Assembly (NCBI GenBank): GCA_049724395.1
Contig: JAUGWO010000136.1
Span: 124,001 to 188,000, forward strand
Source: Spongospora subterranea f. sp. subterranea
Lineage: Eukaryota
DNA length: 64,000 bases
Direction: 5' to 3'
Shown here: positions 25,608 through 38,901 of the stretch, one piece after another
Layout: every line of letters begins with the position of its first letter
Position numbering within the stretch: the first letter of the stretch is position 1
Program-made: the position numbers and the translations under genes
Notes under the pieces: generated by a model
The model's input: only the letters and a program-made list of their open reading frames with translations
What the model was told of the DNA's origin: nothing
Databases searched by the model: none

Positions 25608-26523
25608 TTATGAAGGGTGTTGGCGATCGCAATATCGTCGATAAAGTTGATCAATGAAGTCTTTGTTTTGAACCAGAAGCTGAAGCGAATTTTCGAACTG
25701 GTCGCGGGTCAAATTTTTGGAAGTCGTGTAGGTTCCGGCATATACAGGGGCAGGGGACGGCTTCAATAAATAATCAGGAGAGAGCAACAAATCTTTTGTT
25801 TTACTAGTGATCGGTGTTGAATAGCTGGCAGGCTGAGAGGGTAAAGACGATGCCGATGCAGCAGCGGTCCGAAGAACGTCAGGCGTCAGGTGGTTCCGCC
25901 GAGGAGTTGTGGTTGTATGGGTAAATACTGGTTTGGAACTAATAAACCTAAAACGAATCCTTATCAAATTGCTGTCTACGAACACCCAACTGTTCAAAAG
26001 CTGACGTTTGCCATTGCTGACGGAACTCATCAAAATCCTGCTGCTGTGAGAACCAAATCGCAACAACCTAGGCAAAATAGTAGGTTGAGCACGTGTGGCC
26101 ACTTCGGTTTACGATTGAGGTACTTCTCCGGTAGAACTCCGATAAAAGGCGAACGGTTTTTGAAACTCGAACTCCATACTTCGCTCCAAGTCCTCATTAA
26201 CGTTGATACTGCTTAACCTGTTCAGCACCACGAGTTTATGCCTAAATTCCGAAATCATTATTCAAACAAATTCTGATACATTTTGCGAACTGTTCCACGA
26301 ATGGAGTTCACAAAAATTACCATGGAATGCTGGATCGACGAACCCAGAACATTGGTCCTTCTGTGTTTCTTCTAGCCCAGGCCATATTGGCTTCCTGAAG
26401 GGTATATAGCACGACAAACGATGCGGTATATAACACTGAATCCACTCCCGCATCTAATCTATGAAGATTAATAAGGTTAAGGTCCTTGCCCTCTTTCTGG
26501 AATGCAGCTGCGACGCTCTGCAT
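25608..26523 (-). CDS. DCP1: mRNA decapping cofactor Dcp1
   Basis: EVH1 domain LNLINLHRLD..ASFVVLY..W..EGPMF..LNRLS and C-terminal trimerisation helix LTRDQFENSLQLLVQNKDFIDQLY. Confidence 0.88.
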
Positions 26524-27236
26524 TGGCGTGTGCAAGCGGCTCAACAAATCGTCATTTAACACGGGTCGATTCCTGTAAGATAAACGGGTGGAGAAGATCC
26601 CTTTTACTGAGCAATATTAAATCAAACGGAATGTACGGACCACAAATGGGGGTTGAGCCATAGTCGTGACAGGGGAGAAGGGACTCATCACAAGGTTGCG
26701 CCACGTCACCGCCATCCGTCAATCGTAATTTGTAACATTATTTACCACATTCATTCCAATCTTGGGAATGGCGTTTGATTGATTAGCAAACCCGAGGTGA
26801 CGCCGACCGGATGCTAACTAGACTGAAATAATGCTGACGCGATCTGTGGCGATCAATGCTAGGAGATGATCAGTTCGTCAAGGTCGCGGCTATAAAGCTG
26901 AAACTTGAACACCGGCGAGGAACTTTCGAGCCTTATGCCGATGCCATGCGGATGTCCATGGTGCAGACATTTTTGGAAGCGAATGGTGTTGCCCCTGATA
27001 CACCGCTGTGCACTTAGCGCAACGGAATCCCACAATCATACCGAAACAGTCGAAGATTTATTTCGATCTGATGCTTCGCCTGTATCCACTTCAGCACCGC
27101 AGTTACTGATGACAACCCATGGCGAATAACAACAACACGTGGTGCTGAAGTGGATAAATCGAAGCGTTTGACTAAGAAATATCAATGTTCCCAGAGGAGG
27201 GCACGCGCAAACCATCATGCTGAGCGCATACAGGAA

Positions 27237-29197
27237 ATGGCAATGATCAGCGGAATACCGTTATGGATCGGTGTGGTTGCTATATTCATGTTCATTGAGT
27301 GTAGAGCAGTTATCCAGGATCCCAGCCTATATAGCGAAAGTGTGCTCTGGTCTGGAACTAATCGCTGTGTCAAATACCAAGTCACTAGGTCTGGTCAGGT
27401 TAGTGGTTGGTCGGGACCAATAATGCTTACAGTGATGCCCTATCTTAATTAAATCCATCTTAGATATTCTGTGGTGATAAGGATGGAATTGTTCGAATGT
27501 TTCCTTCGATCACGTCATCTGTTGAAGCTGGTGTTGTAATTTGGACCAATGACCCAGATCTAACAGCGACTTGGGGTGATCGTGGTTTATTAGGGATGGC
27601 TGTTGACCAGAACTATCCTGATAATCCTTATATATGGGTTCTCGTTTCTGTTAATCGCCTAGAAAATCTCAATGACAACTCAATCCGTCCCAATAATTGT
27701 GGTGTTGGTGATGGGGGTGGTATCGATGGTTCATGTGATGCCGCTGCACGACTGATTAGAATCAAAGTCAACAATAATGTTGGGGTAACTGACCAAATAT
27801 TGATGAGTGGATGGTGTTCGAACGGTATGTCTCATCATATTGGGAATCTGGCCTGGGCGAAAGACGGCGGAATGTTTTTATCGGGTGGTGATGGATCTTC
27901 ATATACGGTCGAGGTAAACAATAGAATTGCTGATAATGTAAAGTAGCCTGATGTTCGCTAGGATCGTGGGACAATGGGTGCCCCATGCCATCGGGATGGG
28001 AGATACACGGCCACAGGGCGCATGGAGATCACAATGGGAGGATTATACTCATGGAAAGGTAAGCTCATCTCTTGACACCAGTGGGAGGGTAGTGCTTATT
28101 GACCCTCTCAGATTCTATACATATCGAAGAATGACTTGATGGGGAATACAGTTTTGACTCTTGGAAATGGTGCTCGCGTAGTAGCCAAAGGTTGTCCTGT
28201 ATAACGAATTGTTTCTGCCGACGATCTTATTGTCGATGTTCAGGTCTACGAAATCCATTCAGGTTTGCGATTCATCCAGTGACCAATGATCTCTATGTCG
28301 GAGATGTTGGTAGTATCTATTTCGAGGAAATCAATATTATCCCAAATCCATTAGCCACATCAAACATTCCAAACTTTGGCTGGCCATGCTTTGAAGGCCC
28401 AACATTAAGCCCAATGTATGGGGCAGATTCCGGCTGCTCTTCACTTCAATCTATCAAACCTTGGATGTATTATTCGCGTTCCAAAGGGTTTTCCATTCCT
28501 GGTGCTCAAGAGCACTGCATGAGGGGGTCTGTTTCACCATCGGCCTTTGCGTTCCATACTGGAACTGTTTGGGGGTCGGCTTGGGAAAATCGCTTGGTTT
28601 GGGCTGATTCATCTATGCAATGCGTGTTTACCTTTGAGAACACTGCTGCTTCGTAAATATCCCCCTACCACAGGTCAAGCATTTCATGATTGAATATCTA
28701 TTTAGGGTTCCTGATTTGAGCAAGATGTCGCTAATATCCTATAATGACGGTGCTGTCACTGCCGATATCAATATTGCCCAAAACCAATGGGTCGATTTTT
28801 TCTTTACTGACACCGGAAATACGTCGGTCTGTGCCTGAACTGATTTCTTCAAAATCTATATATTGTCTTATCTCGGCTTTAGGCTCTTTATGCAGCGAAT
28901 TATCATCAGTCAGCGCTGACCAAGATTAACTATATAGGATCCAGGTTCATTGTGCCCAAATCGAGTTCGACCAAACTTAGCAGCAAGACAGTGTTTATCA
29001 TAATTATTGTGGTGTGCGCCGCGCTTTTACTCCTCGCCATTATAGTATTCGCTCTCGTTCGCCGCCATCAGCGAAAATCACGATTTAGCGAACCACCGCA
29101 ACAACGGCGATCAATAGCCCTGGAACCATTGAGCCCTCTTGCCGAAACCATCCGAAACCGTCCGATATCCACTCGCAATAAGGCGCCTCCTGTCTAA
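27237..29197 (+). CDS. PQQ-dependent glucose/sorbosone dehydrogenase-like beta-propeller with signal peptide and C-terminal TM (copy 1; apparent frameshift at 27998-28000)
   Basis: DRGLLGMAVD, SHHIGNLAW..DG..GGDG, GLRNPFRF, GDVG..EEIN and NFGWPCFEG. TM segment VFIIIIVVCAALLLLAIIVFALV followed by RR. Confidence 0.85.
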
Positions 29198-29328
29198 CCA
29201 CATAGACAACTGATTTATGACGAATAAAACCGGGCTTCTAAGAAAATGGCGCTAGATCGCATGATTGTTTGCAAAATGATCAATATCAAAAACCATTGTA
29301 ATAAATAGACACATTTTCCTATGAGAGG

Positions 29329-30545
29329 TTAAGGTGACATGGTGGGACCTCCTTGCCGTTGACATGATATGAAGGCGTCATAAGCTGAACTAGTTTGTAA
29401 ACGATGACGGCGTAAGATTTCGTATCCGCTAGTGGCATTCTTTTTCGCCACCCATTCCATTTCGTTGAGATAACCATTGGAAATAAAGTTTTTAGCATCG
29501 TGCCCGATAATGAGGTTGATGGCTGAGGCCGCATTCACCCGAGAAAGACTACGATGGCGCCCATGATTAACATGATAAGCATTGATCACGTTTGAAAAAT
29601 CGATGGCAATTATGTTCGGGTGGTGCGATGACAATCCCGAGAACCAATTATCTAAAACTTATTAACTAATTAAGATAAAAACTCTGACAGCCTCCTACCG
29701 AAATAGACACCACCAACAAGGAAAGGGGGTATACAATCCCACGCGATATCAATACCACGATTAAAAATGAAAAAATCCTGCAGAGTGGAGCGTAAACAAC
29801 TTATCGTTGGGCAATTGATAATATGAACCTGGGCGTCACTTTGAAATAACAGTCCCGAGCGCGATGCAATCTGCAGCATTTTCTTATATCGATGGCGAAA
29901 AGGCGATTCGGACGACAGCAGTATGTCTGGTAAATCAACGTTTGTTCGGCTACCAGCAAATAACCAATTCGACAAGCCTTTATCTGAGGCGTATTGCGTC
30001 ATCGCCTTTACTGATTCCAGTAATGTTGAGTCATAGATGATATCACCATTACTGAATCCCACTACTTTACTTGATGAAGGAATTATCGTGTCGATCATCT
30101 TGAACATATACCTGTACGTGAAATCTTCGGCATCATTACCACTTGATGGAATAAAGGTGGCTAATCCACATTCCTTTGCAAGACGGAGAGTTGCACAATC
30201 ATGGGATACGACGATAAACTCGATATTCTTAAGCTCTTTCCATGATTGGAAAACGAATCTCGTATGATGAATAGATGCCGTGTTTTCAGTTTCTCTCAAC
30301 ACAGATTTTGGAGCAACGATCATTGTTAGAAGGGCGTCGGGCGATATTGCTTTTGATAATCCATTATGTTGACACACTGCATAGTCACTGGATCGTGAGA
30401 GGTTATTGATGGAGGTGTATGAATAGCTTAGCGATAGTGCTAATGCCAATGTGGTCAGGGTCGCGATCAATACGGATGCTACCAGGAACGCATATGGAGT
30501 AATAGCATTCATTAGCTGTTTGACCCGAAGGGCAAACGACGGCAT
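29329..30545 (-). CDS. Type II membrane glycosyltransferase-like protein (GT-A-like), paralog 1
   Basis: N-terminal TM, then GFSNGDIIYD, GSRTN, AQDFFIF, IPPFLVGGVYFDNW and AYHVNH. Confidence 0.7.
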
Positions 30546-30798
30546 CGAGGCGGCGCCTTCTTTTTTACTAAGTTCACAGAGCTCGCATAATACGAATCAG
30601 CAAGGTTTGAGGACCCATTTGAAGGGATTTTGTAATAAAGGGGCTTCGCCAAGTGCCCGACCATATGGCACTGGCAGTCAGCCAGTTTGGCCTCTTACTC
30701 AGTCTGGGGATTGGCTAATTACGTCCTACAGAATCGGTCAAAGGGAAATAAATCAAGATCATGGGTATTCGCGGTCAGCAGGAGTGTGTTCGGCACAA

Positions 30799-32142
30799 TC
30801 ATTGCTTTATATGACATTCGAAAAAATCATCATAAACCCTAGTGGCTCCTAATTCACGATCTCGGGAGGAGATTCGGATGTCGTTAGTCTCATTTCGCTT
30901 GGCGACCCATGGCATATCGTCAAGGCTGCCATCGGCGATGCGGTTCTTCTCTTCGAGGCCAAGCAAGTTGTTGATAGTAGATGAAGTAGAATCGTGAGAA
31001 AGAAAGAGCTCATTTTCATGATTAGCGTGATATGCATGAACGACGCCTGAAAAATCAACAGCATTGATTCTAGGGTGATGTGATATCAGACCAGAAAACC
31101 AATTATCTAAATGATATTTGGTCAATGAGACAGCAAACAAGGCACTGCCATACCGAAATAATCACCACCCATTAGAAAAGGGGGTATGCAATCCCATTTC
31201 AGATCAATACCACGCTTAAAAATGAAAAAATCCTATCAGATCCAAATTAGCTGAGCTAAGATAAGATCATTGTCGATGAAAAACCTGGGCATTACTCTGG
31301 TGTGAAACACCAGATTGCGATGCGATCTCGAGCATATTTTCATAACGGTTTCTGAACGGAAAATCGGACATCAGTAGCGACGCGGGTAAATCAAAATTGG
31401 TTCGCGATCCTGAAAACATCCAATTATCCCAGCTTTGGTCATCGGCGTGTTGTATCATAGCTTTAACTGATTCCGCTAAAGTTGAATCATAGATAATATC
31501 CCCATTGCTAAAGCCGACCGCTTTTGAGAAGACAGGTAAAACAGTGTCGATTAGCTTAAACATATTGGCATATGTAAGCTGTTGAGCAGTACCGCCGCTT
31601 GTTGGAATAAACGTGGCCAATCCAAAAGAGTCAGCTAGACGAAGAGTTGCACAGTCCCGAGACACAATAATCAACTCGATATTTGATAGCTGCTTCCACG
31701 ATTGGAAGAGAAAACTGGTGCGATCGATACAAGCTGAACTAGACGCTTCCCTTGACACACGTTTGGGAGCGACAATCATGGTGAGAATGGCGTCTGGTGA
31801 TATCGCCCTCGATAGTCCATGATGTTGACACACCTCAAACTCAGCCGGTGACGATACTGATATTATACTCATGTAATTTTGGGAGATGATATGCGGTAGC
31901 AGTAGTGTTATTGCAAAGAACATCGCAGTTGTGAAAAAAATGACCGCGAAGATAGGTCGACATCGGTGAAATGAACACCTGCCTTGGCCAGAGTTGGTGA
32001 CACGTTTCATGGACAAACTTGCCCTCCAGAAATCAAAATATTCCGTGACGGAACGGAGTTTGAGGTCGTGACCTATTACTGTAACGTAGGACAACTGACG
32101 GGCATGTTTACGCATCTGGTCTACGGTAGGTTCTTGATCCAT
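30799..32142 (-). CDS. Type II membrane glycosyltransferase-like protein, paralog 2 (start could be at 32010)
   Basis: Same motifs and the same two intron positions as paralogs 1 and 3. Confidence 0.7.
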
Positions 32143-32148
32143 CAACGT

Positions 32149-32220
32149 ACTTTCCCCCTTTCTTCTGTTTCTTCCTTCTTTTCCCTTTTCTCTCTTCCTT
32201 TTCTCTTCGTTTGTTTTTTG
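32149..32220. repeat. Polypyrimidine (CT-rich) low-complexity tract
   Basis: About 70 nt, almost all C/T on the + strand, immediately upstream of GT paralog 2. Confidence 0.75.
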
Positions 32221-32649
32221 ATGATTCAGTAAATATTTACATGTTTTGGTTTGTTGCGTGCAATCGCTGCTTGTAGTACGATATCTACGACAATATTTTC
32301 TTAACGGAAGCCTTACAGGACATGGGTTCCACGTAATCGCCAGTCCCATCTAAGAGGACAACGTTTTTCCATGGCCAATGTAGCTGTGCAATTACGGCCA
32401 GGTTTCAGAAGAGCTGGACCAAGGTAATCGACTGTCGTTGCGGTGAGGATCCTTAAATCATCGAGGTAGTTTATGATTCCATTCCTCGAAGTGATTGACG
32501 CCTGGGTTCGACAGCAAAGATGATGAACGAAGCATCATTTTCACTATACAAAAATATTTTATTATGATCTGCTGTACACATAAACCACCTCCGTCATGCA
32601 TAAAGCGTTGTTAATGAGCAGATGAGCACGCCAGTTGGGATTGGGTTGA

Positions 32650-33871
32650 TCATTGCTTAGATTGACATGCCCAAAAGTTATCGTAGACCTTACTATCCTC
32701 AAGGTCGCGATTTCGGGATGAGATCTCGATACCGTTTGTCCAGTTTTTTGTCGCGACCCAAGGCATACACTCAAGATTTCCATGGGCAATGTAATTTTCA
32801 CCAGTGTAGCCAATGACTCGATTGATCGTAGACGAAACACTTCCATGAGAAAGGGAGCGCGTATGTCCATGATTAACATGGTATGCATGGAGGACGCTCG
32901 AAAAGTCTACAGCCTTGATTACAGGATGGTGTGCAATCATTCCAGCAAACCAATTATCTGAAAAAAGGTCAGTTGAGAACAAATGATAACCGTAAGCATA
33001 ACTTAGTCTTACCGAAATAAACGCCACCTAATAGAAAAGGGGGTATGCACTCCCACTTGAGATCAATACCACGATTGAAAATAAAAAAGTCCTGTTAACG
33101 TATAAGCCAGCTAAAAGGTGAAAACATATGTGACATTCTAACCTGGGCAACACTATCGTAGAGCGAACCTGTTTCCAAAGCAATCTTGACCATTCTTGAA
33201 AATCGGACATTGAAAGGTGAATCCGAGGTCATACAATGTCTAGGTAAATCAAAATTGGTTCGGCGTCCTGAGAGCATCCAATTCCTCCAGCCCTGGTCTC
33301 TGGCGTGTTGCACCATGTGGTTCACCGAATCCACTAAAGTTGAGTCATAGATGATATCTCCATTGCTGAAGCCTACCGTGCTCGATTGGACTGGAAGTAT
33401 CTCATCGATTAGCTTGAACAGATATCTGTATGTGAAATCCTCCGCAGCACTCCCACTTGATGGAATAAACGTAGCCAATCCGTAAATATTTGCTAGACGA
33501 AGAGTTGTACAATCATCAGAAACAATGACGAACTCGACATTTTTTAACGCTTTCCAAGATTGGAAGATAAATCTGGTATGGTCAGCTGACGCCGTATTGC
33601 TAGACTGCACCGATAACGACTTAGGTGCGACTATCAAAGTGCATATTGCGTCTGGTGACAAAGCTCTCGATAATCCATGATGTTGGCAAACCTGAAAATC
33701 AGTCGCCTGCAAAAAGTTGTCTAAATGTGTCTGCTCCTGGGTGTATATAAGCGATAGAGCTAACAGTACTGTAGCAAATGTCACAATTGATAGAGATATT
33801 ACAAGAAAAACAGGTGGCGAAGCATTAGGTAACCATTTGCCACTTTTGCCAGGTTCCACTTTGTTTTCCAT
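32650..33871 (-). CDS. Type II membrane glycosyltransferase-like protein, paralog 3
   Basis: N-terminal TM, GFSNGDIIYD, SGRRTNFD, DNWFAG and AYHVNH. Confidence 0.7.
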
Positions 33872-34094
33872 TACTTGGTTCGGATCTTGGACAATCAAAT
33901 TGTCCGCATTGAGCTTGACCGTGGCGGCATTGCCCCCACATGACTGACGGCAGGAACCCCGTCAGGATTGACTGTCCGTCCGGTGTAACGGATTTGAAAA
34001 AAAAAATCTTGGACGGTCTGGTGTGTTATCGTAAAACGTTATGTTTAATTAACTTATTCGGATCAGCTGGAGTTGTTGCGTCTGGGCGTCTGAT

Positions 34095-34360
34095 TTGGTT
34101 AGCAGAATCTTTTCACGTGCGTTTCGTCCTAACCAGTCGGACTTATTTTTTCGAAGATACCTGGTTTACCAGGTTTCAACATGGTCCAGGCAGTTTACCT
34201 TGGGTCAAGGTTGGTTGGCCGATAGCACTCAATCAGGACTGTTTCATGTGCCTCTGTCCATCTCTAGTTCTTCTTGGTCTGCATCAATTCACGAGATTTT
34301 TCGAGCCCATGATGGTGCCGAATTTGAAATTGACTCGATTTTGGAAAGTCGCCTCAATCT
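34095..34360 (+). mobile_element. Possible degenerate Ty3/gypsy chromovirus integrase C-terminus/chromodomain remnant
   Basis: The translation LFHVPL...DGAEFEIDSILESR resembles the FHVSLL...E(Y/F)EVEXILDSR signature. No RT or LTR is seen. Confidence 0.4.
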
Positions 34361-34918
34361 GTTGACGCTATTAAATCAAAAAAAGCACTTTGGCGACAAC
34401 CTAAGGCTTGAAATTAGCTACACGACAAGAAAACTGAGGCACATCAATCAAACTACGTATCAGCAAATAGTTTTCCGAAATTTTGACCCATAACGGAGAA
34501 ATCAGCTCCATCATCAACTGAAGCTGGAAGTTCTGTGAAAGAATCAATGACGCCAACACGCTTCGACCCAGTGAGTCGACTGGAAGTGCGTACTTTTGTG
34601 GGGAGGGCAAAATATCCAATTTATTAAAAACGCCACTTGTATGCATGTTCAAGCAAAGTACTTGCAGCTACCGGGGAATTTCGCAAAGTAACTATTTCAG
34701 TTACGAAAAAGTCCCTACTTGCAAAAAGCTTCTCGCACAATGATTCCCACTTGTGTTGAACACCACCTAAAACCAGTTTTCGTTATGTACAGTGTACACC
34801 CAATCAAATTCAGTTCGGACTACACACATATTGGCCCTTGGAGATAATTTTACAATCTGAACTGTGAAAACTGAGTGCCCTTTTTATATCCCTTACCAGT
34901 TGTTCCGAAAAAACGGCG

Positions 34919-35831
34919 ATGGTGCATCCACTACCAGTCGTCATGACGCCATCGTCAAAAACACAAACCCGCTTCGGTTCCATGACGCGAGTTTCTCCTA
35001 TTGGGGAACCTGCAGCACCAGAAGGCGATAACGGGTTCAGTATTCGCTCCAGGTCACGGACAGGAGTTGTTCGACAACGAAGAGTCAGTGGAGTGCCGAC
35101 CAAGTCAAAAAGGTCAGCTCATAAATATTTGCAATGATTTTTCAAATGACCCGTTTCTCATTTAGCTACAACGAATTGAAAAAAGGTGAAGCATCGATGA
35201 TAGAAGAAAATTCCAGACTCCTGAGAACAGTGGAATCGTTGAAAGCCAAAATTCAAGCTATGGAGGCAGAAAAACTTGAAGACGATCGGGAGCAGAAAGC
35301 AGAAGAGCGTATGCGTGAATTAGAAATGGAAAAAGATCAACTTGCTGAATGGGGAAGATCATGTCAAGAACGCAGCTCTGAAGTTGAGTTCATGCTCGAA
35401 GAGAGACGGATCAGTGAGACCTTGGAACATAGCAGATGACTATCCCCGAGTTTAACTTTGTGATTCTAGGTGATAGAGAGAATTCTGAGAAACAACTAGC
35501 ACAAATGAGGCAACAAGTTGAACAGGCTGAGTTACGATTAGAAAGTTATCGTGCGGCGATTGAGTCCTCTGGCTTCAATGCCATAAGTCTGGCCAAAATT
35601 GAAATGGAAAAACCGGGCGAACCAGACGAACTTTGCAATTTACTGCAAACGATCAATATAGATATTGTGGCAGCAGAAGCTGCGACAGAATCCCTCCTCT
35701 CGGAAATCGAAATAATGTTCGAAGGCAGCTCCGAAGTGATTAGCAATGAACCTCCTCAAACGCCAACGCAAAATCGGTCTCCTTTCCGCAGCGAGGACGA
35801 TGAGTTGTTTTATTCTCCAATATCAAATTAA
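34919..35831 (+). CDS. Coiled-coil hypothetical protein
   Basis: Glu/Lys/Arg-rich heptad exons joined by GT-AG introns. Confidence 0.65.
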
Positions 35832-35930
35832 ACCACGGAAGTGATTGCAATGGAAGAGTTACCAAATTACACGTCACTATACATACGATTTGACAATGAA
35901 ACATTGATTTATACTCAAAGTTAAATATTT

Positions 35931-36540
35931 TCATGAATTTCGACTGAAAAACGGTTTGAGAAACTTCGCGTGAAGAAGCGCGGCCAGCGCAAACGTGACT
36001 CCGATGGATAATAACGCCGTCAGTTTGCCTTCTGGACTGTCCATTCAGAAGAGCAATACATTCAGAGCATCGTGGAGCCTACCTTTCGATGCCGTCGTTT
36101 CCAATATATCTTGTAGTTGTTGGGCTTTTTCATTATTTGGATCCAGTTGCAGAACTCGTGATGTGTAAATTGACGACTCTGATAGCAAACCCAGTTTAAA
36201 TTTACAAACTGCTTGTGCATAGCATGAGTCTACGATTGACAACCCCTCCTCGATCATGTCTACTCAAAACTGTTAACCTTGTATATGAATGTATAAGCAA
36301 ACCTTACCATCGAGGTTGTCTTGTGCTTCAAGCAGATGGTTCCTGTCATTGGATCTAAGAAGGGCTGTTGAAAATTCCAAGTGAACCTGGGCGTCCGGAA
36401 ATTCCTTCTCTCTCTCTTTCGCCCATGTTAGGCGATAACCCTGATGACATGAAGATTCAACGCCAGACCCTAGAAATCTGTTTGAAACTGACCTCGATAA
36501 GCTCTTCAATCTCAACGTCATCTTTGTCTTGTACTGTCAT
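35931..36540 (-). CDS. FIS1: Mitochondrial fission protein Fis1
   Basis: EFSTALLRS..., CYAQAVCKFKLG...VLQLDPNNEKAQQL and a C-terminal tail anchor. Confidence 0.85.
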
Positions 36541-36779
36541 ATCGATCAGTCTTTGCCCTTCAACAGGAACACCTCGCAATCAACTATGGGCAGAGTAGAG
36601 GTGCTCCTGTCTTGCTCGTGATATAACAACCGAAATAGTCTCCTGAATAATTCTCACTGTATATTCTGACTACCACTATAGTGTACACATGTGGCTGACA
36701 CGCCCCTCAGTTGCCAAACCACACCAGCCAGCCGACCCACTCAGATCATTTTAGATTTTTCTAACCGACAATTTGATGT

Positions 36780-38578
36780 TTATAAATTTGCGAGAAGGAC
36801 CAATATGCCGATAAAAGCTATAACAGTTCCCGGGATGTTTACGACCGAGGTTGATGCTGCTGTGTCTGACTTGGCCGAACCTTTCGAGTTCGTTGCAGCA
36901 CCTGGTGCCTTGGTGGCAACCGGTGCGTTGGGGTCTACAGTGCGATCTCCAAGATAATGGAATTGATGAACTTGAGACTGATCGTAATCAAGAGCGTATA
37001 AAACAGAATCAGCGCCATCGCCAGCAATGTTGAAATCTACCCATTTTGATCCAACTCCATCTTTGGTATTGTAGGATACAAAAGTCATTTTGGTCGTATC
37101 CGAGTCCGGATTTCTACAACAAACGATCAGGTCAACTTGAATACTTTCTGTCGAGTTCGACTCACCCTTGCGCATCATTGGCTAGTGCAAATATGCATTG
37201 CATAGATGAGTCAGCCCATATCAGACGATTCTGCCATGCGGAACCCCAATCCGTTCCGTTTCGGAATGTAAATGCCGCTGGAGAAACCGAACCTCGTAAA
37301 CAATTTTCCGCAACGCCGGGGATAGCAAATCCTCTTGTTCGAGAGTAGTATATGAATGGTTTTGTGGCTATTTTAGCAACATCCGCACAACCAGCATCAG
37401 CCCCATATCTTGGCTGATATGCCACTCCTTCAAAACATGGCCATCCGAAGTTTGGAACAGTCGTTGCAGTTAAAGGGTCGGGTGCGCGATTGATTTCTTC
37501 GTAAAAATCAGATCCGACATCGCCGATGTAGAGATCATAGGTAACGGGGTGAATAGCGAACCTAAACGGGTTACGGAGACCTATTAAAGCGACGATCATT
37601 ACAGGTATATCTAAACTCCACATATTGCATGCAACTACAACCTTTTGCAACTATTCGGACATCAGCAAGACTCAGCTGAGTCGTCGACATAGTTTGAGTT
37701 TTGGAGATGTATAGGATCTGAAACATTTCCAAATTATAACCTCACCAATTATCAGAGTAATCTTTTACCTTTCCATGAGTGTAATCGTCCCATTGTGGAC
37801 GCCATGCGCCTTGGAAACGAGTATCTGCGTCGCGATGGCATGGTTTGCCAGTAGTACCGCGATCCTGTCCAGCCACCAATATGTGAAAAAAAATTGGGAT
37901 AAGTGCCCGGTAAGATTACATCAACTGTATAGGACGCTCCATCCCCTCCTGATACGTATAATCCACCATCTCTTGCCCAGGCAAGGTTTCCCAGATGATG
38001 AGACATCCCATTGGAGCACCATCCTGTCATTAACACCAGATCAGTCACTCCTGAGTTGCCGTTCATCTTGATTCGTATAAGTCGGGCTGCCTGATCACAT
38101 TGAGCTTCAGGTTGAACACTGCCACCATCGCCAGCATCACAAGAATTGGGATATATAGTCTGGTCTAGAGGATTATCTGTCCTGGTTACCGACACCAAAA
38201 CCCAAATGTAGGGATTGGCGGGATAGTTCGGATCAACAGCCATACCCAGCATGCCGCGATCATTCCATGTCGATGTCAGCCCAGCATCGTTAGACCAGAC
38301 ATCAACATAATCGTTTCCGTTGGATTTAATGGAAGGGAACTTGCGAAGAACTCCATTCTTCAGGCTACAAAATACCTTGAATAGCGATGTTAACTACAGG
38401 ACCCGAGGTAGGTGTGATTATCTGTATATTATACCTCTCCGTTAGCGGCTATCTGCATCTTAACACATGCTCCGATACCAGTCCAATATGTTGTTTGGCT
38501 GAACTCTGTGCTATCCCACACTAAACCTGAGGATAAACCCCACAGGGTAATGCCCATCCATATTGTAGCAATTTGCAT
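36780..38578 (-). CDS. PQQ glucose/sorbosone dehydrogenase-like protein with signal peptide and GPI-like C-terminus (copy 2)
   Basis: Same propeller motifs as copy 1. Ser/Thr/Ala spacer then IPGTVIAFIGILVLLANL*. Confidence 0.87.
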
Positions 38579-38901
38579 CGGGACAAATTTCAGTTTGGCA
38601 ACTAGGTTCTGAATGTCTGCCTTGTTATTTGATTGGCGGCACGTGCCATCGATGCAAAATCTGCTGCTGCTTTATCGCTACTGCAACCCTTGTTGAGGAA
38701 ACGGCATCAGCGTCGGGTGACGATTTTTTATGGGTTCGGATCAGAGTACATAACTTGTTCATTGAGAAGTACAAAGTAGGAAGCGCTGATCCAACACGCT
38801 AATCCCGAAAATTCGTTCGTCGTTGTTGAACCCCTGGTAATATTCATCTCAATTGGCAACTGGCACTCTAAAGCGGGAATTGAAATGAAGATCGGATTTA
38901 T

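Noticed and set aside
26680..27230. Possible ncRNA or TE fragment upstream of GSDH1
   Set aside because: No convincing box C/D, H/ACA, tRNA or transposase signature.
31267..32349. N-terminal extension of the 360-aa GT ORF (EKRKREKGKEGR...)
   Set aside because: It is a translation of the upstream purine-rich tract, and the paralogs lack it.
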